From a virus, in the IMG/VR virus record IMGVR_UViG_3300025276_000021: DNA of 64,000 nt; one strand, 5' to 3'. The translations under genes were made by a program, and so were the position numbers. The notes beneath the pieces were generated by a model. It did not search any database. It was not told the origin of the DNA and saw only the letters and a program-made list of their open reading frames with translations. Position 1 is the stretch's first letter. Each line of letters starts with the position of its first letter. This document shows positions 16,667-26,800 of the stretch, piece by piece.

Positions 16667-17113
16667 TTAGCCTCCCGCTTCAAACTGTTTCCATTTAATG
16701 ATGTTGCCGATACTTTGATGTTTCCATTTTAAATTTTCAACAATCTCCGTTAGTGTTTCAACGAAAGTTTTATAATATTCTATTTTTTCTTCACTGCGCT
16801 GAATATCCACATCTGAATCGTACCATTTGTTCATATCGCCTTTCATTACCTTAACTCCATTAAACGGATCATAATCCCAACCATGTGCCTCAATAGCGTC
16901 TTGATCCATCTTACCATTATAGTACAGCCATTTCTCTTTTAAAAGAATATTCTGTTTCATCTTAGATTTTTTGAGTTGAAGTTTATTTATAGCGAGAACC
17001 TGCAAATATTTAGAGTGCAGTTTAGCAATATCTACTGTCGCTCTAACTAAATTTGTTTCGTCTATTTGGCAGTCTTTCTGCCATTCTTCTAGCGTAGTCT
17101 CAAGTGTAAGCAA
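16667..17113 (-). CDS. uvsY: recombination mediator UvsY
   Basis: W.KDCQID...LHSKYL...WLYYNGK...I.NIIKWKQFEAG; TTG start. Confidence 0.92.
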   Translation of the reverse strand: MLTLETTLEEWQKDCQIDETNLVRATVDIAKLHSKYLQVLAINKLQLKKSKMKQNILLKEKWLYYNGKMDQDAIEAHGWDYDPFNGVKVMKGDMNKWYDSDVDIQRSEEKIEYYKTFVETLTEIVENLKWKHQSIGNIIKWKQFEAGG

Positions 17114-17151
17114 TTCAAGTCTCCATAATCAAATTCATAATATATATAGTG

Positions 17152-17649
17152 CTATTTTATCTCATAGTAGCCGACTCTAAACGTAACAGGAAACGTGATA
17201 ACAGGCGATGTTTCGGATGTGGCTTCTAACAAAATTGTTCCTATTGATGTAGCGACACAATCGATATATCGAATTGTTTTTACCACATTATTATGGCTAC
17301 TAGTAATCGTCACTGTAATATCCATGGCTGAACCGTTCTTAGAACTTTTTGACATAGGACTTTCGTATTTTTCTGTTACCATATTTTGAATCAGATTAAA
17401 TACTTCAATATAAGTATTTAGATTTTCATCTACTAAAATATCCATCGACAAATCTTCAAATGTGAGAGTATCGCCAGGTAAAGTTATCGTTTGTATTCTC
17501 TTAAATGGAACGGACGGGGAATTGATCGAAACTCCGGGATGAATTAATCTTTGTGCAAAAAATTCTAAGTTCCCAAATTTAGAGTGATCTATCACAACCT
17601 TAAAGTTTGTGGGTTGAAGATAGTTCATATTTTGTGTTAATGCTGACAT
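17152..17649 (-). CDS. gp3: tail completion/tube terminator protein
   Basis: NYLQPTNFK...PGDTLTFEDL...LVDENL; late promoter; synteny. Confidence 0.85.
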   Translation of the reverse strand: MSALTQNMNYLQPTNFKVVIDHSKFGNLEFFAQRLIHPGVSINSPSVPFKRIQTITLPGDTLTFEDLSMDILVDENLNTYIEVFNLIQNMVTEKYESPMSKSSKNGSAMDITVTITSSHNNVVKTIRYIDCVATSIGTILLEATSETSPVITFPVTFRVGYYEIK

Positions 17650-17681
17650 AAGATATATCCGATTCGATCTAATTATATCTC

Positions 17682-17689
17682 TATTTATA
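17682..17689 (-). promoter_or_regulatory. T4-type late promoter
   Basis: TATAAATA upstream of gp3. Confidence 0.75.
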
Positions 17690-17701
17690 TAAAAATAAAG
17701 C

Positions 17702-17730
17702 TTGACATTACAAAGCTATTATGTTACATT
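17702..17730 (+). promoter_or_regulatory. sigma70-type early promoter for the plus-strand island
   Basis: TTGACA-17-TACATT with TG extension; A-rich upstream element. Confidence 0.7.
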
Positions 17731-17766
17731 AGTTATAGAAACAGAATCACTTGAAAGGGTTCACAA

Positions 17767-18120
17767 ATGACTAAGTTCAACAAAAAAGACTTCACATACC
17801 ACGGTGGTTATTTGCACTACACTGGAGATTATACAGATCGTCCCGTTTGGCCTGTTGTCAGTAAAAACGGCGTAAATGTTCATCCGTCACTTGTCGGCAA
17901 AAGCAAAGACCTATTCATCGCTCGTTTCAAGCATAGTGGTCCATTCACAAAAGCAAAATTTGTAGCAGAATTGTTAAAGTCTTTTACTGTTGAAGAATAT
18001 GTTGATGCAAGAAATGAAGAAGGTTTAGATAGTTCCCCACTTCAAATTCTTCGGAATAAAAATGAAGATTGGTACTACAAAACAATCCAAAATTGGAAAA
18101 TGAAAAGAGGAGTTTTATAA
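17767..18120 (+). CDS. hypothetical early protein
   Basis: 117 aa, own promoter and RBS (AAGGG). Confidence 0.75.
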   Translation: MTKFNKKDFTYHGGYLHYTGDYTDRPVWPVVSKNGVNVHPSLVGKSKDLFIARFKHSGPFTKAKFVAELLKSFTVEEYVDARNEEGLDSSPLQILRNKNEDWYYKTIQNWKMKRGVL

Positions 18121-18329
18121 TGCAAGTCGTAACAGTTAGGTTTGTAGGATCGATGGTTCAGCCATCACACCACGATTGTGAAATTGTAGAAGGTTCTATG
18201 AGTATGCGATATGATGTGCGGGAAGATGATACTAATCCTCCAGTATGCGAAATTATCTCGCCATTCGGCAAAGATAATACATTAAAAGCGTTCTATGTGA
18301 ATGAACAATGGAATTGCATTTTAGATTAA
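18120..18329 (+). CDS. hypothetical protein (69 aa)
   Basis: ATG overlapping the upstream TAA, GAGGAG RBS; MQVVTVRFVG... Confidence 0.7.
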   Translation: MQVVTVRFVGSMVQPSHHDCEIVEGSMSMRYDVREDDTNPPVCEIISPFGKDNTLKAFYVNEQWNCILD

Positions 18330-18358
18330 AAAAAAGACAGTGCCGAAACACTGTCTTT
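18328..18358 (-). terminator. intrinsic terminator for the gp23 transcript
   Basis: AAAGACAGTG/CACTGTCTTT stem, UUCG-containing loop on the minus strand, long U-tract. Confidence 0.8.
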
Positions 18359-18368
18359 GAGTAGTAGT

Positions 18369-18401
18369 AAAGAGCGCCCTCTGTGTGGCGCTCTTTTTTT
18401 T
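18369..18401 (+). terminator. intrinsic terminator for the plus-strand island
   Basis: AAAGAGCGCC/GGCGCTCTTT stem followed by a T-run. Confidence 0.75.
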
Positions 18402-18405
18402 GTTC

Positions 18406-19755
18406 TTATGCACCCAGAATGTTGTCAACTCTGAAGATTCTGTAATACTGATTAGTCTTAGCGTTTGCAAGACCGTCAGAAGCTGTTGGACCAACAAAAG
18501 GATTCGAAACCATGCCGTAGCGGGTCTTAAAGCCGATTTTTGGTTGAAAGCTATCCTCAGCAACAGCGCGAACCATTGTGAGAGGTACGTATGGGCAATA
18601 GAAGATACCAGCATCGTATGCATTTGTACCTTTATAGCCACATGTGATGTAGTCAACAGTTGCATATGGATCAACATATACTTTTGTACGACCGTTAAGA
18701 ACACCAGCAAAAGTGTTTCCTGTATCATCTACGTTCAAGTTGGCAGAGATTGCTGGAGCATAGTCTAGCATTCCGGTTGCAGCCAAGCATGACGCAACGT
18801 CCGAAGAAGTGATGATAAAGTTACCACGACCGCGGCGAGTATCTTTTGCGATTGCGTTTGCTTCGCGCTCGATTTGTACCATCAGACCTTTGAACTTTTC
18901 AACACTCCAACGACCGTCTGCATCTGTTTGCAGATCAAACACACCGTTAAGAAGGGTGTTAGCTTGACTTGCGCCAGTTTTAGCTTGGCTGTTGATTGTG
19001 CGGATAACTTCACGATTGATTTCCGCGAGGATTTCAGTCGAAAGAATGTTAGCCAGTTCACTTTCAGCGTCCAGACCGTGGATAGCTTTCAAGTCTTGTG
19101 CGAGTTCAAGCGAATATTCTGCTTTCAATGCGCGTGTTTTGGCTGATACGTCTGCACGATCAATGGTGAAACCCATTTCTGCCCATGCGCTTGCGCCGGA
19201 TGTGCCCAGTCCTTCGCCTTCAACTTTAGTCATGCCGCCTGCAGGAGCTGCACTATTACGGTTATCGTCGATAGTTGAGTCTGCGTTAGCATCAGCAACA
19301 CCAGCAAGACCAGAACCATCTACAATGTTAGTTGTAGCGGAATCGCCTGAGAAGCCAGTGACGGCTTCGCTATGCAGTGCTTCATTGCCGCTAGTTGCAC
19401 CAGCGCGAGTAGTTTTGTAGGTAGATTTCATTGCAAAGATCAGTCCAGTTGGACCAGTCATTGGCTGAACACCACATACGTCATATGCCATCATGTTAGG
19501 CATAGCACGACGAACCAACGAAATCAGAACTGGGTCCCAATTTTGTACGTTACCAGTGTTGTTTGCTGGAGCTGCTTCAGTCAGTCCACCAAAACCTTGG
19601 TATTGTGTGCGCTGCTCCATGAGAGCTTTTTCTTGGTTCTCAAGAACAACAGCAGTTACCGACTTGCGGTGCTTGTCTTGAATTGCGCCAGCAGATTCTT
19701 CATTCAGAACTGGTGCCCACTTTTCAATAAGTGTATTGTAGTTAGTTGTTTGCAT
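18406..19755 (-). CDS. gp23: major capsid protein
   Basis: EKWAPVL, DPVLISLVRRAMP, GVQPMTGPTGLIFAM, ELAQDLKAIHGLDAE, FYCPYVPL, FQPKIGFKTRYG; LTE/A cleavage-like site. Confidence 0.99.
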   Translation of the reverse strand: MQTTNYNTLIEKWAPVLNEESAGAIQDKHRKSVTAVVLENQEKALMEQRTQYQGFGGLTEAAPANNTGNVQNWDPVLISLVRRAMPNMMAYDVCGVQPMTGPTGLIFAMKSTYKTTRAGATSGNEALHSEAVTGFSGDSATTNIVDGSGLAGVADANADSTIDDNRNSAAPAGGMTKVEGEGLGTSGASAWAEMGFTIDRADVSAKTRALKAEYSLELAQDLKAIHGLDAESELANILSTEILAEINREVIRTINSQAKTGASQANTLLNGVFDLQTDADGRWSVEKFKGLMVQIEREANAIAKDTRRGRGNFIITSSDVASCLAATGMLDYAPAISANLNVDDTGNTFAGVLNGRTKVYVDPYATVDYITCGYKGTNAYDAGIFYCPYVPLTMVRAVAEDSFQPKIGFKTRYGMVSNPFVGPTASDGLANAKTNQYYRIFRVDNILGA

Positions 19756-19766
19756 TTTAATAACTC

Positions 19767-20867
19767 CTAGGTATTATTTTTAAGTGCGGCAACATAATGT
19801 GCCATGCTAGAGGAAACATCAACAGGCGCTTCTGTTTCTTCGCTTTCTTCAGTAATCATTGTTTCTTCAACTAGATCAGCATGTGTTTCTACATCTGATT
19901 TATTTGAAAAATATGATTCCTTGATGGTTTCGACTTTAAAGAGAAACGACTCAACGTCCTCAAATTCGATTCCTTCTGCTAGTTTTTCTAATTTGGTTGC
20001 TTGAGTATCTGCAAGATCCTTAGAAGCTTCACGAATGATCGCGAGGCGTTGTAGGTCTTTTACATGCTCATTCATTTCCATATTAGTAGCTGTTTGCTTG
20101 TTTAGGCGAGTCTCAAGTTCTTGGACTTCCTCTGCAAGCTGGTCAACTAGATCAACTTTGGATTCTGGAACTTCGATATATGACTCAGTAAACAGGTCTT
20201 TCAACTTGCTCATAAATCCTTCTGAAATTTCATTCCGAATACCAGTCTCAACAGCGAGACGGTTTTCTTCTACCCATTGTTCGACTACATAGTTAAGATA
20301 AGAATCAATTTTGTCTACCAATTCGCTTTTGGCTTCCACAATTGCTTCCGAAGTCTCGTCGGCGTATTGCTCTTCGAGGCTTTCGATTCTATTGCTAAAT
20401 GCTTCTTCCAATTCTTGAACTTTTGATTCAACCCGAAGGTTCAATGCGGCTTCAAAAATAGTGCCAGCTTTATCTTTAAAATCTTCTGATAGTGACTCAT
20501 CGCTTGAAATCAGTGCTTCGAGATCAGCTTCGGTAGTATCTTCTACCATCACTTCTTCCTCGTCACTTACTTCAATTTCTTCGCCCATCATGCTTGAATA
20601 AGCCGCCATCAACTTAACTTTGTTAAGCTCTGACATTTTTTGGCTCATTGCATTGATCATACCCGCTTTAGTTTTCGGGGGTGATGCTTTTTTTACATTG
20701 CTAGTATCACCAGCGGCTTTTGCTGGATCAGCGGGGCCTCCGGTACCAGCATCTTCAGATCCACCGGCTGGCAGCTCCATGCTGCTCTCCGATACATCTA
20801 GTTCTTCGTTAGATTCCACAATTTCCTCATCATGGACTTCAACGTATTCTTGATCTTGATCAGTCAT
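19767..20867 (-). CDS. gp22: prohead core scaffold protein
   Basis: Acidic coiled coil; LSEDFKDKAGTIFEAA, IDSYLNYVVEQW. Confidence 0.93.
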   Translation of the reverse strand: MTDQDQEYVEVHDEEIVESNEELDVSESSMELPAGGSEDAGTGGPADPAKAAGDTSNVKKASPPKTKAGMINAMSQKMSELNKVKLMAAYSSMMGEEIEVSDEEEVMVEDTTEADLEALISSDESLSEDFKDKAGTIFEAALNLRVESKVQELEEAFSNRIESLEEQYADETSEAIVEAKSELVDKIDSYLNYVVEQWVEENRLAVETGIRNEISEGFMSKLKDLFTESYIEVPESKVDLVDQLAEEVQELETRLNKQTATNMEMNEHVKDLQRLAIIREASKDLADTQATKLEKLAEGIEFEDVESFLFKVETIKESYFSNKSDVETHADLVEETMITEESEETEAPVDVSSSMAHYVAALKNNT

Positions 20868-20881
20868 ACTTGACTCCTTTT

Positions 20882-21529
20882 TTATTTCAATAACGAGAGG
20901 AAATTTTCAAACCCACGAACTTGCGCTTCTTGCAATGCTCTTGATGGTGCTCTTTTTATTTCAGTCTCTATTTTTTCAATGTCTTGAGCCTCGATCAGAC
21001 CATTATTCCAAACCCACTCTACACCTTCCATAATTCCATTAACAAAAGCATTAGGTGCAGATGGATCCTGGACAATGTCGATAGTGCTAAGGACGAAATC
21101 GTCTTTAACTTCCATCACGCCGTTACGATTTTCCAGACTTCCCATACCACGAGTCGAAACACCTAGTTGAACACCGCCATCTAGCAGACCTTTAACAATC
21201 TTACCCATAGGAGTATCTAATATAAGTGCTTTACCCATCACATTATTTCCCTCAAAATTGAGATCCGTAATACGATGGGATACTTTATCCAAATTAATAG
21301 TCGGGCCTTCGGGGTGATTTAACTCACCAACAGCACGACCTTTGGAAACTTGTTCTGTAACATATTTGCCTACAGCTTTTTCCATAATCGCTTTCGGATA
21401 ATTTCTACCGTTACGATTTTTTTGGTCAGCTTGTGCAAATACACCTTCGATTTGATAAGACTTAGCTTCGCCTTTACCTTCAGTGACCAGTGATAGATCG
21501 TGGTCACAATATTCTGCGATTAGTTTCAT
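20882..21529 (-). CDS. gp21: prohead protease
   Basis: NRNGRNYP, GELNHP, GVSTRGMGS, DIVQDPSAP. Confidence 0.97.
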   Translation of the reverse strand: MKLIAEYCDHDLSLVTEGKGEAKSYQIEGVFAQADQKNRNGRNYPKAIMEKAVGKYVTEQVSKGRAVGELNHPEGPTINLDKVSHRITDLNFEGNNVMGKALILDTPMGKIVKGLLDGGVQLGVSTRGMGSLENRNGVMEVKDDFVLSTIDIVQDPSAPNAFVNGIMEGVEWVWNNGLIEAQDIEKIETEIKRAPSRALQEAQVRGFENFLSLLK

Positions 21530-21532
21530 GTC

Positions 21533-21736
21533 TTATCCTTTACCTTTAGAAAATTGTTTAATAAACTCTTTAGCCATTTTAATAGCATCTTTTTCAGAAT
21601 CGTAATCATCTAAATGTTCGCCGTCGATAGTAGCTTTAAATCGATCACCAGCTTTAGTGACAACAATCGTTTGATCTCCAACCTTAACTTTTTTCTCAGT
21701 CAACAACGATTCTTTTAGTTCATTAAAAGTTTTCAT
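21533..21736 (-). CDS. prohead core protein (gp68-like position)
   Basis: Probable start MKTFNELKES at 21736; immediately upstream of gp21. Confidence 0.6.
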   Translation of the reverse strand: MKTFNELKESLLTEKKVKVGDQTIVVTKAGDRFKATIDGEHLDDYDSEKDAIKMAKEFIKQFSKGKG

Positions 21737-21746
21737 TTGTATTCTT

Positions 21747-22028
21747 TCATTCTGCTTCGGCAGTAGCAAACATATTACTGCCGATATTAATTCTTTGCAT
21801 TTCTAATTCATCGCTAAGTTTACTACCCAATACATCTTGAAATAATGTCTCAGCCGAATTAAATTCATCGCTTGCAATTGCATCAATCATATCTTCTACA
21901 GGATTCGTAGGCTCATCGTCGTCCATCAAATCCTCGTCACTAATATCTTTCATCTCTATATCGTCTACATTAATATCGTCTACATTAATGTCAATATCAT
22001 CTACATCAATATCTAATTCATCATCCAT
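21747..22028 (-). CDS. acidic prohead core protein (gp67-like)
   Basis: Very acidic; late promoter and AGGAG RBS; synteny. Confidence 0.65.
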   Translation of the reverse strand: MDDELDIDVDDIDINVDDINVDDIEMKDISDEDLMDDDEPTNPVEDMIDAIASDEFNSAETLFQDVLGSKLSDELEMQRINIGSNMFATAEAE

Positions 22029-22054
22029 TTCAATTCTTCTCCTTGTTACACTGT

Positions 22055-22062
22055 TATTTATA
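22055..22062 (-). promoter_or_regulatory. T4-type late promoter
   Basis: TATAAATA. Confidence 0.75.
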
Positions 22063-22082
22063 CAAAGTTATTTTTTGACTTT

Positions 22083-23858
22083 TTATATTGGTGTACCTTC
22101 ATTATATGGCAATTTCTTGAAACCACCTGTACCAGTTGAATTTGTTGAAAACCATATTACAACCATTGCTGGACCTCCAGGCATACCCGGCTGCTCAGTT
22201 CCTATATTGTTGCCACCACTTAAAAAATAGTTACTTGCCGCACCACCACCACAGCCAAATGCATTAAAACGGTTGCCGCTAGTATCCGCTGTGATACTAT
22301 TTAAGTAGGTTCTATGATCTGCTCCAGAAAATCCTCCATACACTCCACCACCGCCCATAGAGTTATTACCTGCGTTTGTGCCCGCTACACCTCTAGAATC
22401 TCTACCACCAGTCAGTGGAGTTAGATTTTCGTTAGTGTACTGTCCAGTTAGAAAAAATTTACTAAACCAATTTTGGGGATAATTTCTTCTACTTGAGCTT
22501 TTTTGGTAGTGTCTGTATTTAGCACTATTTTCAAACTTTAACTCATCGGCACTTGAAGAATAAGTTGGGGGACCAGAGCTGTGTGATGCCGACGGAAAAG
22601 ATGTAACTGATCCGCCCTGATACCCAACGCCAGAATGTTTGCTCCAAAAAGCATTGTTATTGTTATTGCTAAAAGGTGGATATGGGTCTACAAATGGGGG
22701 ATTAGTTCCATCATATATGACTCGTCGCCAAGATTCGCCATTGCCAGATAGTAATGGTAAAATACTACTTCCACCACTATTATATCCGCCAGGCGAATTA
22801 AATGAACCGCCAAACGTAGTGTACCACGTGTATTCACCGTTATATGTACTAAATGTTGCTTCAGATGCACCACCGCCTGCGCCGCCAAAATTGCCTTGGC
22901 TTCCAGAGCCACCATTTGTACCGCCGTCACCTCCATCTGCTTGATTTACTCCTGTCGCGTCGAAGCCGCCTGCGCCGCCACCGCCACCGCCGAAAGCTGC
23001 CGCTGTAGTAGGTCTGAGTACTGTTACACCTTCTCCACCAGTGCCACCTATTCCAATAAATGAGTTGCTTGGTTGAACAGGGATAGTGCCACCAGCACCG
23101 CCATAAATTAGCGTCTGCATCGCTGTGCTGGGTGGGACATAATAGAAATCTGATCCACCCCCACCACCGCCGTTTACTTTAGCTATAATATTGTCTACAT
23201 GATCGTCTCCAGTTACGCCAGAAGAACTACTAATTATAATGGGTCCACCTGCGCCACCGCCCAATGTGGTGGCACCATTGTGGTAAGAACCGCCGGCATA
23301 ACCTGGTGATCCAATTTCAATCTTATATTGTCTATTTTTATCAAAAGGGATGCCGTGAGTAGTCAACAAACATGAGCCTCCACCACCGCCACTACCGCCC
23401 ATGAGCCATTGCTGACCTTGGTAGTTAGTAGTTCTCTCACTTAAACTACCACCGCCGCCGGCACTTAACGCATAAAATCCCCATGTACCTCCATCATATA
23501 CATCCATATCAGTACTCCAAGGAATTCCGCCAGTGCCGAAATCTTTTCCAAAGTAATAAGTTTTTGTTGCACCTTTAGATTCACTTGTTAGGGATCTAAC
23601 AGACCTAGTACCTGTCATATAAATGGTTGCAGCAATTGGATTTCCTGTAACACTATTTGCTGCTCCATAAAAATCAAACAGACTAATAGTAGTGCCAGCG
23701 CTGCCGGCTGGGATATTTTTTGTAGTTATATTATTTGGTACAAAGTTTCCCCCCAATGATCCACCTCGATAATATTCGAATAATCCTTGAGCATTCGTCC
23801 CACCAAACTCATTCTCTATATCATCTAATGATATAGGACCATGGTACGGTAAAACCAT
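22083..23858 (-). CDS. glycine-rich fibre-tip adhesin (gp38-like role)
   Basis: N-terminus LP..GPISLDDIENEFGG...EYYRGG; many poly-Gly motifs; coupled to the S74-type fibre. Confidence 0.6.
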   Translation of the reverse strand: MVLPYHGPISLDDIENEFGGTNAQGLFEYYRGGSLGGNFVPNNITTKNIPAGSAGTTISLFDFYGAANSVTGNPIAATIYMTGTRSVRSLTSESKGATKTYYFGKDFGTGGIPWSTDMDVYDGGTWGFYALSAGGGGSLSERTTNYQGQQWLMGGSGGGGGSCLLTTHGIPFDKNRQYKIEIGSPGYAGGSYHNGATTLGGGAGGPIIISSSSGVTGDDHVDNIIAKVNGGGGGGSDFYYVPPSTAMQTLIYGGAGGTIPVQPSNSFIGIGGTGGEGVTVLRPTTAAAFGGGGGGAGGFDATGVNQADGGDGGTNGGSGSQGNFGGAGGGASEATFSTYNGEYTWYTTFGGSFNSPGGYNSGGSSILPLLSGNGESWRRVIYDGTNPPFVDPYPPFSNNNNNAFWSKHSGVGYQGGSVTSFPSASHSSGPPTYSSSADELKFENSAKYRHYQKSSSRRNYPQNWFSKFFLTGQYTNENLTPLTGGRDSRGVAGTNAGNNSMGGGGVYGGFSGADHRTYLNSITADTSGNRFNAFGCGGGAASNYFLSGGNNIGTEQPGMPGGPAMVVIWFSTNSTGTGGFKKLPYNEGTPI

Positions 23859-26800
23859 TATTTATTTTCCTCATTTTCCAATTTTTCAATACGTCCTTTT
23901 AATTCTTTTATTGATTCTATCAATAAAGGAATAAGTTTTTCGTAGTATACTGCCTTATAACCATCTATTCTATCTATAACAATTTCTGGCATCACTGCCT
24001 CAACTTCCTGCGCAATAACACCAACATCTTTTAAATCTGTATTTCTACCTTCAGCTTTTTCGTTCCAGTTGAAAGTATATCCACTTAATGAAGAAATTTT
24101 ATCTAAAGAATTGTTTATTTTCTCTATATTTTCTTTCAACCTAGAATCTGATGAGTGTGCAGCTATTATATTTCCTGTAGCTCTAATTTCTCCTGCTACA
24201 GTGAAATCGCCAGTATAATTACCACTCATGGCTAAGGTTTCATTTGTAGCGTCTACTGTTATACCCTTATTCGCTACTGCCGTATATGTTGTACCGCCGC
24301 CTAAAGCATCATCGTCAATATCAAACGTGACTGTCTGATTCAATGCTGTAATAGAAAGTGCTGCATTTGAGGAAGCAAACGTAATATTTTGTTTATCTGC
24401 GTTCAATGTAGTTGAACTGGCGTCAGCTCCAACTATTTGACCTATAAAGAATGAAGGTTTAAATTGAAGTATTCCTGTTGCAGAATCATAAAATAAAGCA
24501 GCGTCTACGGAATCTGCTACAGCATTAGGGCCTATAGTTAAAGGCGGTGGCGGAGCTACATTAGTCCAACTATCACCGTTGTACTCTAATATATCATATT
24601 GCTGTGGGTTCGTAATCGTTACATCTTGCAATGAATCTAGCCAAGCGTATAATGTGACAGAAACACTATCTTCCGCCCAATCTGCAGACATTGTTGGCAT
24701 TAAACGAATACCAGTACCACCATTCCAATAAAAGCCATCTCTGCCAGATCCTGATGCTGGATCACTAGTTGAAAATATCTCTTGGTCATATGGAGAATTT
24801 GCAGCGTCATAACTCTTTATCCAAAATCTTGAAAAACTATGAGGAAAACTAATGTTAAATTGTCCTGTAGCTTCTGCATAAGCAAGTGAACCTTCGTTTG
24901 TCGGATTATCTTCAACTATAGTAAAGTTTGAATATGATCCATCAGAATTTTGTGCTGCTGTAATAGCTTCTGCATGTTCCGTTATGGCAGACTCTGGAAC
25001 AACAGGCATCAAGGCCGGAGCCAACGGTCCCGCTGCGGAATCAATTTTAGCTGCAGGTATTTGAGGTATTTCGGCAGCAACTAGTTCGTCTACATTTAAA
25101 GTTATAGTTCCTGTTGCTGCATCGTATGCTAATAGTTGAGCATATGTTCCAGTTCCAGTATTTACTGTTGTTATATCTAGTTCTGGCAACTCTGCAGTTT
25201 CTAAGGCATCTACGTTTAATGTGTATGTTCCACTCGCCTCGGTATATGCTAATTGAGCGTATGTGCCTGTGCCAGTATTTGCGGCAGAAAATAATTCTCT
25301 AACCCTCTCGTTGGTGTGATATTCGTTTATGTCGCCTTCTTGTATCTCATCTGTAGTATAGTGGCCAAGTGCATTTGGGACTGTGGCAAATGGATGGCTG
25401 AAAGTCCAAATGCCGCCACTATCATTCATCCATCTGATATATGCTGGTGGACCATCAATATCTATGCCAGCGCCGTCTGCCGAAGCTGCATCTGTTGCGC
25501 CAGAAGCTAATATAATATTTTTATCTGCGATTGTGACTTCTGTTGAATTTACTGTTGTAGTCGTACCATTAACAGTCAAATTGCCTTTAATAGTCACTAA
25601 TCCAGTGCTATCACCATGTGTAGCAGGATCAATAATAAGATTTGATGGTCCAAGTATTTGTCCAGTAAGTTCTACTGTGTCTGTGAGTAAATGTCCTTTA
25701 TTAGTTATTCTAGCTGCAATATCACCTTGCCAATTTGTTAAAGCTGAAGGACTTTGCTGTGTATCTTGAACAATAAAAGTATTTGATAGGAACTGCACAA
25801 CCAGATCTACATGATTATCTAAACTATTTGCTACTGAAGGTGGCTGCGCTGCAGCTTCATATGATGCACCTCCCACTTGAAATATTCCAGCATAAGAAAG
25901 TCCTGAAACGTAATGAGCGTCAGAAGTTGAAGGTGTACTCGCTAATCTAGCTAAATTTACTGATAAACATGCAGCTTCGAATCCTGCAGGTATAGATGAT
26001 GGTGACCACACGCCTCCGGAATGTATAACTCCCATTTCGCCGTCTATCATGGCTGAAATCAAAGCGGCTAGACCGCCATATGCACTAGGACCTAAGTTTA
26101 CAACATCTTCAATTATGCCAAATTTACTTAATTTTGTAAATGTTAGACCCACAAAATCTGCAGCATGTTCATAAAATAGCGAATCTGGATCCAATGGACC
26201 AGACTTTCTAATTCTATCTAAAGACCTACCGTTGAAAATAAAATATCTAACGTCTCCAGTAACTCCAGTAGCTCGAATGTCTACTTTGCCTTCAGGTATC
26301 AATAAAGCTGGGTTTTCATCGTCTTGTAAGATTTGACCTACTAGAATAGTTCGCCAAGGATCTTGATACCAAGTCTTTTTTGTCTCTGGATTATGATAAA
26401 ATCTTCCTGTTGCCAAATCGCCGCCAAGAATATCATTTCCTTCGCTGTCTGTATTAACTTTTTTATAGCCTACTGTCTCACCATACTTAGCTGCTTTATC
26501 AGAGTCATAAAATAGGTAAGTATCTCTCTTTTTTAAATCAACAACAGTTGTCTCATCCCAATTAAATTTTCCAGTATCTAAAGTTGAAAATTTTATGTTT
26601 GATATCAATCCTTGATTTATATTATGAAACGCAAATCCCCAGTGTACATCCTGTGCAAATATTGATAAGTCCACACCACTTCTGTAATCTGTTTGATTTA
26701 AATCGATGTTTATTTGATTAGTAATAAATGTTGAGCTTCCAAACGGCGTAGTATCAATTTTAAGACCATTTTCATTTTTCTCTATTTTAACTGTTGTGCT

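Noticed and set aside
17767-18120. MTKFNKKDF as another capsid-targeting leader
   Set aside because: It lacks the (I/L)-X-E cleavage motif near residue 10.
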